Assembly: GCA_903913215.1 (NCBI GenBank)
Contig: CAIWKE010000034.1
Location: 13,483 to 77,482, forward strand
From: an uncultured Holophagaceae bacterium
GTDB taxonomy: Bacteria > Acidobacteriota > Holophagae > Holophagales > Holophagaceae
Direction of reading: 5' to 3'
Length of the DNA: 64,000 bases
Positions within the stretch are counted from its first letter, which is position 1. Each line of letters opens with the position of its first letter. This document shows positions 35,976-46,072 of the stretch, in pieces. The translations under genes and the position numbers were made by a program. The notes beneath the pieces are model-generated. The model saw only the letters and a list, made by a program, of their open reading frames with translations. It ran no database searches and was not told where the DNA came from.

Positions 35976-36050
35976 GCCGACTCCACATCCTCGGGTCACC
36001 TGAGGGCAGCAACCCCTATGCAGACGTCATCGGATCAGTGGCAATGTTCT

Positions 36051-37412
36051 TCAGATCTGGGTTCTACGCTGAACGGCCTGTTTTCTACGCAGGGCACCCG
36101 AATCGGGGTAGCTGAGGATGGCGGCGAAGCCGATCAGGCCGAGCAGGGCTCCCGCAACCCCCGCCAGTTCCACGCCGAGAGGTCGGGCCGCGTCCTTGCC
36201 GAAGGCCGCGAACAGGAAGCCCAGAAGCAGCGCCGCCAGGCCATAGGAAAGCTTGGTAAAGAAGCCTTGGACGCCGAAGAACATGCCCTCCCGCTGTTCG
36301 CCGTGCAGTAAAGCATCCTCCTCAGCCAGGTCGGCCACCATGGCGTTGGGTATCACCAGCAGAACCGCCATGGGCCAGCCCAGCAGCACCATCTGGGTCA
36401 GCGCCAGCGGGACCCCCCACGACCCGGCCCGGCTGATGACCAGCCCTCCGGGGAGCAGCAGAGCGAAGCCCAGCAGCGCCGAGGCCAGCAGCACCTTGTT
36501 GGAATGACGCCCCGACAAGCCCTTCAGCATCGCGAAACCCAGGACCGAGCTGACCAGGACCGTGGTCATGAGAATCACCTGAAATCCTTGGGGCTTCTGC
36601 AACAGGACCACCGGATAGTAGGCGATGGTGGCGCGCATGATATTGAAGGCCGTGAAGAGGCAGACCTTGGCGATCAGGTAGAGCAGGAAGGCTCGGTTGT
36701 CCAGGGTGCGCCGCACAGAGGTCCAGAACGGCAGGGCTTCTGGCCGCGCTGAGGCGAAGGGCGCTTCGTCCACCACCATCGAGGGGGCCAGCATCAAGGC
36801 CAGGGCCAGGCCACAGCAGACCAGCACCGCCAGCGTGAAGGAACCTGACCGGGACCAGAGCAGCGGCAGGCCCACCATGACAACCACACCCCCCAGCAGG
36901 GCCATCACCGCCTGGAAGGTCGTCAGTGAGATCCTTTCGCGGTGGGTGCGGGCGAGTTCGCCGATCAGTGCCAGGTAGGGCAGCAGGAACCACGTATAGA
37001 ACATGAAGAACAGGCCCAGAAACACCATCTCCCAGACAAGGTTGAGCGCGCTGGGAAAGCCCTTGGGTGGAAGGAAGAGCAACAGGCAGCAAAGGGAGAA
37101 GGGCAGCGGCCCCGAGAGAAGGAACAAGCGCCGTCGGCCAAAACGGGTCTCCAGACGATCCGACCACCAGGCGACCCAGGGCTCAGTCAGGGCCTGGACC
37201 AGGCGGCCAGAGAGAACAATCAGCCCGGTCAGGGTCAGGCCCAGGAAAAGGGTCTGGTTGCTCACCCGCTCTGGCAGGCCGCACCCGACGGGAGGCAGGA
37301 GGAAGAAGATGAAATACAGGCCGAAGATGTTGTCCAGAATCCCATGCCCCCCGCTCCCAAGGCTGTAGAGCAGGCGCCCGTGCCAAGGCGTTTCCTGGGA
37401 TGCATGGTCCAT
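36051..37412 (-). CDS. MFS transporter, glycoside-pentoside-hexuronide (GPH) cation symporter type
   Basis: 12-TM pattern. N-terminal YSLGSGGHGILDNIFGLYFIFFL and DRLETRFGRRR motifs are typical of MelB/GPH-like carriers. Confidence 0.8.
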   Translation of the reverse strand: MDHASQETPWHGRLLYSLGSGGHGILDNIFGLYFIFFLLPPVGCGLPERVSNQTLFLGLTLTGLIVLSGRLVQALTEPWVAWWSDRLETRFGRRRLFLLSGPLPFSLCCLLLFLPPKGFPSALNLVWEMVFLGLFFMFYTWFLLPYLALIGELARTHRERISLTTFQAVMALLGGVVVMVGLPLLWSRSGSFTLAVLVCCGLALALMLAPSMVVDEAPFASARPEALPFWTSVRRTLDNRAFLLYLIAKVCLFTAFNIMRATIAYYPVVLLQKPQGFQVILMTTVLVSSVLGFAMLKGLSGRHSNKVLLASALLGFALLLPGGLVISRAGSWGVPLALTQMVLLGWPMAVLLVIPNAMVADLAEEDALLHGEQREGMFFGVQGFFTKLSYGLAALLLGFLFAAFGKDAARPLGVELAGVAGALLGLIGFAAILSYPDSGALRRKQAVQRRTQI

Positions 37413-37477
37413 CCGCCCATGGTAACCCTTGAGAACAACCTCTTGATTGCAACAAACTGTTCCTGGAAAGGTAGGCC

Positions 37478-38479
37478 ATGGAGCAACCCCGCACCTCCTG
37501 GCATCTGGACTGGCTCACTGGCCCTCAGCCTGGTTGTGTGCGGTTCGATCGAGGCTGGTCCAACATGTCTGCCACCCCCATTCCCCTGCCCGCAGACTGG
37601 GGCAGCGGCACCATGGAGCTCCATCATCTGGGCCAGGGCATGGACATCTCCCGCATCCAGGTCACCTTCGAACCATCAGTCCTGGGCCAGTCCCTGCCCC
37701 TGGCGGTGGTTCGAGGCACAGTCCCGGAACCCATGTTCGGGGTCTATGCCATCCGGGAAGGGCGTGGCAGCATCCGGGAGAACCGTGTGGGCATGGACTT
37801 TCCCCTGGAGGCGAAGGACTGCCTGTTCCAGCATGCGGACTACCTCGACTTCGAGCCGGTGCTCAAGGCGACCCCGAAATTCGAATCCACGACCATCACC
37901 ATGGGCATGCCCGTGCTCGCCTCCCTGCTGGGGCAGGATGTCGCCCAGCGGCTGTTGGAGAACCTGGGTCTCCGGACCTGTCCTTCGGCCGCCGCCCGTA
38001 CTTTGCCGCCCAGCCTCTTCCGCCTCCTTCATGAAACCCTGCCAGCCGCTCTGACGGACCAGATGCGCATCCTCTTCAGTCAGGCCAAGACCCTGGAGTT
38101 CCTCTGCGCTCTCTCCACCTTCCTGGTCGATGGCCGCCCCGCAGGTAGCTGCCGCCCGGGCATGCCCGCCCTCATGGACAAGCTCCGGACAGACCTCATG
38201 GCCCATGAGGGCAAGGTGCCCATGCTTGGCGAGCTGGCGGAAACCCACGGTCTTTCCGCCCGGACCCTCAACGAAGAGTTCCGTCGTCAGTTCGGGACCA
38301 CCATCTACAACTTCATCCTGGACCACCGCCTGAGCGAAGCCCGCGTGGCTCTCGAGAAAACCGACGTTCCCATGAAAGTCCTGGCGGACCGCCTTGGCTA
38401 TTCCCACGTCAACCACTTCATCAACGCCTTCAAGCGACGCTACGGCGTGTCACCGGGAAGCCTGCGCCGCACGACTTGA
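37478..38479 (+). CDS. AraC-family transcriptional regulator
   Basis: C-terminal double HTH (LGELAETHGLSARTLNEEFRRQFG ... VLADRLGYSHVNHFINAFKRRYGVSP). Divergent from the MFS gene. Alternative start at 37565. Confidence 0.8.
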   Translation: MEQPRTSWHLDWLTGPQPGCVRFDRGWSNMSATPIPLPADWGSGTMELHHLGQGMDISRIQVTFEPSVLGQSLPLAVVRGTVPEPMFGVYAIREGRGSIRENRVGMDFPLEAKDCLFQHADYLDFEPVLKATPKFESTTITMGMPVLASLLGQDVAQRLLENLGLRTCPSAAARTLPPSLFRLLHETLPAALTDQMRILFSQAKTLEFLCALSTFLVDGRPAGSCRPGMPALMDKLRTDLMAHEGKVPMLGELAETHGLSARTLNEEFRRQFGTTIYNFILDHRLSEARVALEKTDVPMKVLADRLGYSHVNHFINAFKRRYGVSPGSLRRTT

Positions 38480-38482
38480 AGG

Positions 38483-39271
38483 TCAGAAAGTCCCCTGCAC
38501 CAGCCCTCCATCCACCAGCAGGCTCTGCCCCGTGACGTAGGAGGCCTGGGCGCTGGCAAGAAAGGCCATGACAGAACCCACTTCTGCAGGCTGGCCGATG
38601 CGGCCCATGGGAATCACGGCGGCCTGCTTGGTGAAGTGCTGCTCGATAGTGATGCCTTCGGCCTTCGACTTCACCTCGGCCAGGTGCAGCTGGCGGTCAG
38701 TCATGACATGGCCCGGCAGTAGGGCGTTCACGGTGATGCCATCCTTCGCGGTCTCCAGGGCCAAGGTGCGCGTCAGCCCTGCAAGCCCCGCGCGCAGGGT
38801 GGAGCTGATGGTGAGCAGGGGGTAGGGCTGCTTGGCCACCAGGCTGGTGATGTGGAGGATGCGGCCCCAGCGCTGCCCACGCATGCCTGGCAGGACCAGG
38901 CGCACCATGCGCACCACGTTCAGAAGGGTCGAATCTACTCCGGCCAGCCAGTCCGCATCGCTGAGGTCACCGAAGACGGCCGCCTTCGGGCCCCCCGTAT
39001 TGGTGACAAGGATGCTCACGACCCCCAGGGCCGCCACGGTCGCCTGATGCCAACGCGCCAGATCCTCAGCCTTGGAGACATCCACGGTCGAGGCCAGCGC
39101 GGCCACGCCCAGGGCCTCCAGCTCGGCCTTGGTCGAGGCCAGGGCTTCTGCGCCCCGCCCGCAAATCGACACGGCGCAGCCCTCCGCCGCCAGGGCCAGC
39201 GCCGCCGCCCGGCCCAGCCCCTTGCTGCCCGCCGCCACCATGGCCACCTTGCCGCGAATACCCAGGTCCAT
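38483..39271 (-). CDS. SDR-family oxidoreductase
   Basis: VAAGSKGLGRA (TGxxxGxG-like) motif, NTGG, and the catalytic S...Y/K region. Confidence 0.85.
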   Translation of the reverse strand: MDLGIRGKVAMVAAGSKGLGRAAALALAAEGCAVSICGRGAEALASTKAELEALGVAALASTVDVSKAEDLARWHQATVAALGVVSILVTNTGGPKAAVFGDLSDADWLAGVDSTLLNVVRMVRLVLPGMRGQRWGRILHITSLVAKQPYPLLTISSTLRAGLAGLTRTLALETAKDGITVNALLPGHVMTDRQLHLAEVKSKAEGITIEQHFTKQAAVIPMGRIGQPAEVGSVMAFLASAQASYVTGQSLLVDGGLVQGTF

Positions 39272-39351
39272 GTCGTCCTCCGGCCTCCAGCATAGGCCGG
39301 CTTCCCCGCCAGCCTCCAGGAAGCGGATACTTCAGGAGAAGGAAGCTGCCC

Positions 39352-39945
39352 ATGGACTTTGCCATCTCCCTACCGGATTGGGCCCTCGATGAGCAGCGTC
39401 GGCTGCCGGCCTGCCTGCCCACGGTGGAGGCGCGCATGCGGGAGGTGATCCGCTTCTCCCGCCTGAACTTCGAGCGCGGCACGGGCGGTCCCTTCGCCGC
39501 CGGGGTCTTCGAGCGGGATTCGGGGAAGCTTGTGGTCATGGGTGTGAACCGCGTGGTGGCCTCCCACTGCTCCTCGGCTCACGCGGAGGTCACGGCCCTT
39601 TCCCTGGCCCAGCGCCTGCTGGGCACCCACGACCTGGGGGAACCGGACCGCCCGGCCTACCAGCTGGTCGTGAACTGGCGGCCCTGCGCCATGTGCTACG
39701 GGGCCACCCTCTGGTCGGGAGTCCAGTCCCTGGTGGTGGCTGGCAGCGGTCCCGAACTGGAGGCCATCACGGGTTTCGACGAGGGCCCCATCCACCCCCA
39801 GTGGGACCGGGAGTTGGAGCGGCGGGGTCTGACCGTCACAGACGGTGTGCTGCGGGAGGAGGCCCTGGCTGTGTTCCGGGACTTCGCCGCCAGCGGCGCC
39901 CTGGTCTACAACGCCGGGGGTGGGGGCCGCAGCCCCCTGGTCTGA
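39352..39945 (+). CDS. Nucleoside/nucleotide deaminase (CDA fold)
   Basis: Zinc motifs HAEVTAL and PCAMC. Confidence 0.75.
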   Translation: MDFAISLPDWALDEQRRLPACLPTVEARMREVIRFSRLNFERGTGGPFAAGVFERDSGKLVVMGVNRVVASHCSSAHAEVTALSLAQRLLGTHDLGEPDRPAYQLVVNWRPCAMCYGATLWSGVQSLVVAGSGPELEAITGFDEGPIHPQWDRELERRGLTVTDGVLREEALAVFRDFAASGALVYNAGGGGRSPLV

Positions 39946-40001
39946 AGCGCGGGCCCCGTGCTTTTTGGTGACAGCGAGCAACGCCTTCCCGACCATGGGA
40001 C

Positions 40002-40652
40002 ATGGGCTCATCCACCAATCGCCTCCCCCTTCTCCTGCTCGCCGCCGTGGGCCTGGCATTCCTGCTGCTGGGCTACGCACCCCACGCGGACCGCTTCACC
40101 TGGTTCATGGAAAACCTGCCGGTCATCCTCGGCGTTCCAGTCCTGGTGGCCACGCACCGCCGCTTTCCCCTCACGAACCTGCTCTACGGGCTCATCGCAC
40201 TCCACTGCTTGGTACTCATGGTGGGCGGCTACTGGACCTACGCAGAGGTGCCCGCTGGCTACTGGGTGAAGGGCTGGCTGCACCTGGCTCGCAATCCCTA
40301 CGACCGACTGGGCCACCTCTTCCAGGGCTTCGTGCCGGTGCTGCTCTTCAGGGAAGTCCTGTTCCGCAAGGGGGTCCTGAAGCCCGGGGGATGGTCTGTG
40401 TTCGTCCTGCTCCTCATGGCCATGGGCTTGAGCTGCGCCTATGAGCTGCTGGAGTGGCAGACCGCAGTCTGGAAGGGCGCCTCGGCGGATGCCTTCCTGG
40501 GCAGCCAGGGAGATCCCTGGGACACACAGTGGGACATGGCCTGCGCCTTGATGGGAGCCGCCCTGGCCCTGCTCACCCTGTCGAGACAGCAGGATCGCTG
40601 TCTGGATTTCCACACTCAACTCAACCCGGCAGAGGGAAAGCCCGATAAGTGA
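40002..40652 (+). CDS. DUF2238/YjdF-like inner-membrane protein
   Basis: Polytopic protein. NPYDRLGHLFQGFVP and ELLEW..A motifs match DUF2238 as I recall it. Confidence 0.65.
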   Translation: MGSSTNRLPLLLLAAVGLAFLLLGYAPHADRFTWFMENLPVILGVPVLVATHRRFPLTNLLYGLIALHCLVLMVGGYWTYAEVPAGYWVKGWLHLARNPYDRLGHLFQGFVPVLLFREVLFRKGVLKPGGWSVFVLLLMAMGLSCAYELLEWQTAVWKGASADAFLGSQGDPWDTQWDMACALMGAALALLTLSRQQDRCLDFHTQLNPAEGKPDK

Positions 40653-41839
40653 ATTCAGGGCCCATCGGTCCTCCGGTACCGGGAGGTCCCATGGTGTTCG
40701 AGGTCCGTTCCACTCAGAGCGAGCCGCTGAGCACCTTCTTCGCCCCAGCCGAGCGCAGCTCTGATCTGGAGCTGCGCCTGGAAGCAGAGCAATGCATGGC
40801 CAATCCTGTGGCCTGCTTCCTCATGGATTCCATGGATGGACTGGTCCTGATCCTGGACGGTAACCGGCAGGTACTCGCCACCAACGACCGAGTCCGCGAC
40901 GTGGTTGGCAGCGCTGTCGAAACTATGGGTCACCGGCCCGGAGAACTCTTCGGTTGCATCCACCACCAGGAAGGCCCTGGGGGCTGCGGTACCGGCGCAG
41001 CCTGTGCCCACTGTGGGGCCGTGGCCGCCATCCTGGAGGTGCAGCGCACGGGCCGGGCCGTGGAGGGCGAGTGCCTGCTCACCCTGCGCAGCGGCGAACA
41101 CACCCAGAGTGCCGAATTCGAACTGGCGGCCAGCCCCCTGCAGGTGGGCCCCCACACTTTCATCGTGGTGGTACTGCACGACCAGAGCGCCACGAAGCGG
41201 CGCGAGTCCCTCGAGCGGCTGTTCTACCACGATGTAGCCAACCTCATGCAGGGCATCCGGGGCTGGGCGGACCTGCTGGCCTCGGGGTCCACCACCGCGC
41301 CGGGCACCGCCCAGAAGCTGGCCCACCTCACGGATCTGCTGGACCGGGAACTGCGCTCCCACCGGGCCATGGCCCAGGCCGAACTGGGAGAACTCCAGCC
41401 CAAGCTCCGGGCCATCCAACCCCAGGAGATCCTCCGGGATGTGAGCGATCTGCTGACCAACCACGCCCTGGCCGGAAATCGTAACGTGCGGATCCTCCCG
41501 GTACCCGAGGGGTGCCTCCACACGGATCCGGAGCTGCTCTCCAGGGTGGTCCTGAACATGGCCGTGAATGCCATGGAGGCCTCCGCCCCCGGGGGGACCA
41601 TCACCCTGTCCGTGGCGCTCGAGGAGCAGGCGCTGCGCTTCCAGGTCCATAACCAGGGAGAGATCGCCCCAGAGCACCGCAGCCGGATCTTCCAGCGCTC
41701 CTTCAGCACCAAGGGCAGCTCGGGCCGGGGCCTGGGCACCTACGCCATGAAGCTCTTCGGCGAGAACGTATTGAGGGGCCAGGTGAGTTTCGAGACCGGC
41801 GCGGAGGGCACCACGTTCTGGATCCGCCTCAACCGTTAG
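40649..41839 (+). CDS. Cytoplasmic sensor histidine kinase with Cys-rich PAS-like input domain
   Basis: H-box FYHDVANLMQGIRGW. HATPase N/G boxes (VVLNMAVNAMEAS, GRGLGTY). Cys motif C103-x9-C113-x5-C119-x2-C122. GTG start overlaps the upstream stop; alternative ATG at 40691. Confidence 0.8.
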   Translation: MNSGPIGPPVPGGPMVFEVRSTQSEPLSTFFAPAERSSDLELRLEAEQCMANPVACFLMDSMDGLVLILDGNRQVLATNDRVRDVVGSAVETMGHRPGELFGCIHHQEGPGGCGTGAACAHCGAVAAILEVQRTGRAVEGECLLTLRSGEHTQSAEFELAASPLQVGPHTFIVVVLHDQSATKRRESLERLFYHDVANLMQGIRGWADLLASGSTTAPGTAQKLAHLTDLLDRELRSHRAMAQAELGELQPKLRAIQPQEILRDVSDLLTNHALAGNRNVRILPVPEGCLHTDPELLSRVVLNMAVNAMEASAPGGTITLSVALEEQALRFQVHNQGEIAPEHRSRIFQRSFSTKGSSGRGLGTYAMKLFGENVLRGQVSFETGAEGTTFWIRLNR

Positions 41840-42347
41840 ATCGGGTCGGCGCCGCTGGGGCCGCACAACCCCGGCCCTGGCCCAGCCCCTTGAGGTAGGC
41901 CCGCCGGACGATGCCGGCCGCGACGCATTTGGTGAATTCCCTTGAGGCCCGCTCCGCGCCGGTCAGCTTGCGGACCCAGCCCCGGAAGGGGATCAGGCTT
42001 TCAGCACTGCTCCGCACGGCCCCAATGGCAGCGTCATCCACCTCGGCCCGGCCCTTCTCCAACCGGCTGGCCGAGGCCGCGGGCGGGCCATCCAGATCCT
42101 CACCCAGGGCCGCGTCCAGCCGCATGATCTCGAGGGCGAGGCCCTCGCACGTAAGATCCGCCGGCGCCGCGTAGGGGGCCCGCTGGGCCGTGAGCAGGAC
42201 CTCGGGAATCTTGGTCTTCAGCAAGTTCAGATCCACCAGGGGCGAGCTGGCCGCCCCGACCAATTGTTGGCCCATGGAGGTGGGCTCCGGCTTGGAGCAG
42301 GCCGTTGCCAGGAGGAGGGTCGCGAGGGCGGGCAGGAGGAATTTCAT
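41829..42347 (-). CDS. Lipoprotein, function unknown
   Basis: MKFLLPALATLLLATAC signal peptide and lipobox. Confidence 0.5.
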   Translation of the reverse strand: MKFLLPALATLLLATACSKPEPTSMGQQLVGAASSPLVDLNLLKTKIPEVLLTAQRAPYAAPADLTCEGLALEIMRLDAALGEDLDGPPAASASRLEKGRAEVDDAAIGAVRSSAESLIPFRGWVRKLTGAERASREFTKCVAAGIVRRAYLKGLGQGRGCAAPAAPTRSNG

Positions 42348-42404
42348 GCCCAAGGATAACCTCGAGCTCAAGCACCGCCCCGAGGGGCAGGCTACCCTCT
42401 AGGC

Positions 42405-43214
42405 ATGATCCACCCCCTCGCTCTCCAGCTGGCCGCGGACCTGGGCGGCACCCTCCTGCAGGGTGGGGGCGGCAGCCTGTTGTTGGTGGAGCGCCTCCGG
42501 GCCCACGGCCTCCCTCAGGTGGCCGTGCTGGGTCGCCAGGCGGCCGACCTTTTGGATCCCCTGAGCGCCATGGAGCTGGCCCAGGCCCGGGGTCTGGACC
42601 TGAACCTCATGGCCCTGCTGCCCCTGCCCGGCTGCGATCTGGGTGCGGCGCTGGCCACCCACCGCCTGCGTCTCGGGGCCCTCGTTGCGGCCCTGGATGC
42701 GGGTCTGCCCTGGCTCAATGAGCGCCCCATGCTGGTGCGGCGCCTCCCGGGCGTCATCCAGAGAGCCACGCCCATCGACCTGCCCAAGGCCCCCATGGGT
42801 CCCCTGGAGAAGGCCGAGCTGAAGGCCTTCCTGGGAGGTTGGGACAAGTCACAGCGCCGGGCAGTCTTCCGCCGCCCTCCTTGGCGGGAGGCGGCCGAGC
42901 CCGGCGAGCGCAGCTGTTTCGAAGTGGACCTCTGGCCCGGCGTGCCGCTGCCCGAAGGGGCGCAGTGGCGGGTGCGCCCCCTGGAGCTGCCCTTCGCCAC
43001 GCCCCTCACGGATGTCCTGCGGGCCGCCCTGCGCCGGGCCACGGGCGCAGCCGTGCCCTTCCTGCCCCTGCCCGGGGACCCCTCACCCCTGCATGCCCTG
43101 CGCACCCTCACGCCCGAGATCGCCGCCTTTCGTGGCCCCGTTGGGGCCTGGGACCTGGCCTTCCAGGGGCTGGCGGGCCTGCCCAGCCCGCCGCATTTCT
43201 GCGCCCGCTGCTGA
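42405..43214 (+). CDS. Hypothetical protein
   Basis: 269-aa ORF co-directional with, and 12 nt upstream of, the Ser/Thr kinase gene. No motif recognised. Confidence 0.4.
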   Translation: MIHPLALQLAADLGGTLLQGGGGSLLLVERLRAHGLPQVAVLGRQAADLLDPLSAMELAQARGLDLNLMALLPLPGCDLGAALATHRLRLGALVAALDAGLPWLNERPMLVRRLPGVIQRATPIDLPKAPMGPLEKAELKAFLGGWDKSQRRAVFRRPPWREAAEPGERSCFEVDLWPGVPLPEGAQWRVRPLELPFATPLTDVLRAALRRATGAAVPFLPLPGDPSPLHALRTLTPEIAAFRGPVGAWDLAFQGLAGLPSPPHFCARC

Positions 43215-43226
43215 GCATCTGCGAAG

Positions 43227-44609
43227 ATGGGGGCTGAATCCCGGGACCCCATGCGCACCCACATCGGCAAGTTTGAGATCCTCCGTCTCCTGGGCCAGGG
43301 GGCCATGGGTGAGGTCTACCTGGGCCGGGATCCCAGCATCGGCCGCGAGGTGGCCATCAAGACCATCCGCCCCGCCCTGGTGGGCGCAGATGTAGGCGGC
43401 GACGTGCGCCAGCGCTTCGCCCGGGAGGCCCAGGCCGCCGGTCTGCTGCACCACCCCCACGTGGTCACGGTCTTCGAGTTCGGCACGGACGAGGATCTCC
43501 TGTACCTCGTCATGGAATACGTGCCCGGCGAAGATCTGGCCGCCCTCATGGCCCGGGATGCACTGCAGCCCTCGGACCTGCTGGAGATCCTGGCCCAGGT
43601 CTGCGAGGGTCTGGCCCAGGCCCACAAGCAGGGCATCATCCACCGGGACATCAAGCCCACCAACATCATGGTGCAACGGGAGCAGGGCGAGTGGCAGGCC
43701 AAGGTCATGGACTTCGGCGTGGCCAAGCTGGCCGGCTCTGAGGTCACACAAACTGGCCAGGTGGTGGGCACCCTGGCCTACATGGCGCCGGAGTACCTAC
43801 GCACGGGCGTGGCGCAGAGCGCCTCGGACCTCTTTTCCGTGGGCGTGATACTGCACGAGGGACTCAGCGGTGAGAAGCCCTTTCGCGGCGGCACCACGGG
43901 AGCCATCGTCTACACCATCATCCACGACGAGCCCCGCCCCCTGGAGGAGACTGTCTTCGAGGGCGTGAGCCCCTCGGTGCGGGCCCTGGTGGCGCGGCTC
44001 CTGGCCAAGGATCCCCTGGCCCGCTTCAGCAGTGCCACCGAGGCGGCCCGCGCCCTGCGGGCCGCCAAGAATCCCACCTGGCAAGCCCCCCTGGATGACG
44101 CCACGGTGGCCCTGCCAGGGCACAGCACCCGGGACACACGCTCGGCTTCGGCCCGCGTCAACCGCAGCCGCCTCCTCCCCTGGACCATCACCGTCCTGGC
44201 CTGCGTGGCGGCCCTGGCGGCGGGCACCTGGATCGCCACCCACCGCAACCCGGCCCCGCAGCTGCCCCCGGTGAACACCCACATCAATGACGTGGTGCTT
44301 GACGAGGCCGCCGCCCAGCTGGAGACCCATCCCGAGCATGCCCTCAAGCTGGCCCAGGAGATCATCGACGCCACGCCCGAGACCTCGCCGGTGGACCCCG
44401 ATGCCTACGCCATCAAGATCGCCGCGCTTTACAAGATGAACCTCATCGAGCTGCTGGAGACTGCAGCCAATGAGGCCCGGGACCGCAAGGTCGATGGCCA
44501 TGAAATACTCAAGAACGCCCGGTTCCAGGACATGCTCAAGAAGGAGCACGCCCGCCCGAACAAGAAGCTGTCAGCGGAGCTGCGGGCCCGGTTGGCGAAG
44601 GGGGAATAG
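43227..44609 (+). CDS. Hanks-type Ser/Thr protein kinase with TM segment and C-terminal extracytoplasmic region
   Basis: GQGAMGEVY, VAIK, HRDIKPTNIMV, DFGVAK, LAYMAPE. TM segment LLPWTITVLACVAALAAGTWIA. Confidence 0.85.
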   Translation: MGAESRDPMRTHIGKFEILRLLGQGAMGEVYLGRDPSIGREVAIKTIRPALVGADVGGDVRQRFAREAQAAGLLHHPHVVTVFEFGTDEDLLYLVMEYVPGEDLAALMARDALQPSDLLEILAQVCEGLAQAHKQGIIHRDIKPTNIMVQREQGEWQAKVMDFGVAKLAGSEVTQTGQVVGTLAYMAPEYLRTGVAQSASDLFSVGVILHEGLSGEKPFRGGTTGAIVYTIIHDEPRPLEETVFEGVSPSVRALVARLLAKDPLARFSSATEAARALRAAKNPTWQAPLDDATVALPGHSTRDTRSASARVNRSRLLPWTITVLACVAALAAGTWIATHRNPAPQLPPVNTHINDVVLDEAAAQLETHPEHALKLAQEIIDATPETSPVDPDAYAIKIAALYKMNLIELLETAANEARDRKVDGHEILKNARFQDMLKKEHARPNKKLSAELRARLAKGE

Positions 44610-44613
44610 TCCC

Positions 44614-46017
44614 CTACATGTTCAGCGCGCGCCCCTGCACGGCCCGGGCGGCCTCGGGGAAGACCTCGTTCAGGGTTGGGTGGGGATACATGGTGTTGAT
44701 CAGCTCATCCACGGTGAACTCGCCGGCCATGAGGGCCACGCTGGAGGCCACCAGTTCCGTGGCCTTGGGGCCCAGGATGTGGATGCCCAGGATCTCGCCG
44801 TACTGCTTGTCGGAGACGATCTTGATGAAGCCGTGGGGCTCGCCCACGATGTTGGCCTTGGCCATGGGCGCGAAGGGGAAGGTGCCCACCTGCACGTCGT
44901 GGCCCTTGGCCCGGGCGGCCTTTTCGTTCAGTCCGATGGTGCCCACTTCCGGATCGCAATAGGTGCATGCGGGGAAGCGGTCGTAGCGGATGGGATGGGG
45001 GTGCACATCCTTGCCCAGGCTCTGGGCCGCGTGCTCGGCGGCCACGATGCCCTCGTCACTGGCCACGTGGGCCAGCCAGGGGGTGCGCACAATGTCGCCG
45101 ATGGCGTAGAGGCCCGGCTCCCCGGTCTGCATGAACTTGTCGATGGTGACGCAGCCCCGGTCCACCTGGGCCTTGGTCTTGTCGAGGCCGATGCCCTCAA
45201 CCAGGGGCGCCCGGCCCACGGCCACCAGCAGGTGGCTGCCCACCACCTCGCCGGGGGTCTCCCCTTCCAGGAAGCAGGCCACACCGTCGGCGCGCTTTTC
45301 GATGTGGGTGATCTTGGTCTTGGTGCGGACGTCGATGCGGTAGGACTTGCGGAAGATCTTGGCCAGCTCCAGGCCGATGTCTTCGTCCTCCAGGGGGAGG
45401 ATGGTGTCCATGAACTCCACCAGGGTCACCTTGGAACCCAGGCGGCTGAAGACTGAGGCGAACTCCACGCCGATGGCGCCGGCGCCCAGGATCACCAGAT
45501 GGGCGGGCAGCTCCTTGATGTCGAGGATGTGGTCGCTGTTGAGCACACGAATGCCATCGGTCTCCAGGCCGGGGATGGGCTTGGGAGCCGAACCCGTGGC
45601 AAGGATGATCCGCTTGGCCTCGTGGGTCTCGCCCGCGACGTCCACCTTGCCGCCTCCCAGCAGCTTGCCGAAGCCTTTGAGCACCGTCACCTTGTTCTTC
45701 TTCATGAGGTACTCGATGCCCTTGGCATTCTTGAGCACGATGCGGCCCTTGCGCTTGACGATGGCCTCCAGGTTGGGCTTCAGGGTCTTGGCGTCCACGC
45801 CGTCAATACCGTAGGTGTCGGCGTCCTGCATCTGTTCCAGGCGATGGGCGGTCTCCAGCCAGGTCTTCGCGGGGATGCAACCCCTGTGGAGGCAGGTGCC
45901 CCCGAGGGCCGGGTCCTTCTCCACGAGGCCTACGTTGAGGCCCAGCTGGGCGCCACGGATGGCGGCGATGTAACCGCCGGGACCGGAACCAATGACCAGA
46001 AGATCGAAGGACGCCAT
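44614..46017 (-). CDS. lpdA: Dihydrolipoyl dehydrogenase
   Basis: VIGSGPGGYIAA FAD motif. Redox-active GGTCLHRGCIPAK. ATG at 46017. Confidence 0.9.
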   Translation of the reverse strand: MASFDLLVIGSGPGGYIAAIRGAQLGLNVGLVEKDPALGGTCLHRGCIPAKTWLETAHRLEQMQDADTYGIDGVDAKTLKPNLEAIVKRKGRIVLKNAKGIEYLMKKNKVTVLKGFGKLLGGGKVDVAGETHEAKRIILATGSAPKPIPGLETDGIRVLNSDHILDIKELPAHLVILGAGAIGVEFASVFSRLGSKVTLVEFMDTILPLEDEDIGLELAKIFRKSYRIDVRTKTKITHIEKRADGVACFLEGETPGEVVGSHLLVAVGRAPLVEGIGLDKTKAQVDRGCVTIDKFMQTGEPGLYAIGDIVRTPWLAHVASDEGIVAAEHAAQSLGKDVHPHPIRYDRFPACTYCDPEVGTIGLNEKAARAKGHDVQVGTFPFAPMAKANIVGEPHGFIKIVSDKQYGEILGIHILGPKATELVASSVALMAGEFTVDELINTMYPHPTLNEVFPEAARAVQGRALNM

Positions 46018-46072
46018 GCTGCGCTCCAGAACAGAACTCCCATATTCCCATAAGCCAAGGTCAAAGTCGGGC

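Noticed and set aside
41000-41014. CAHC in the histidine kinase as a c-type haem-binding site
   Set aside because: The motif is C-A-H-C-G, not CXXCH. The protein has no signal peptide for periplasmic haem attachment.
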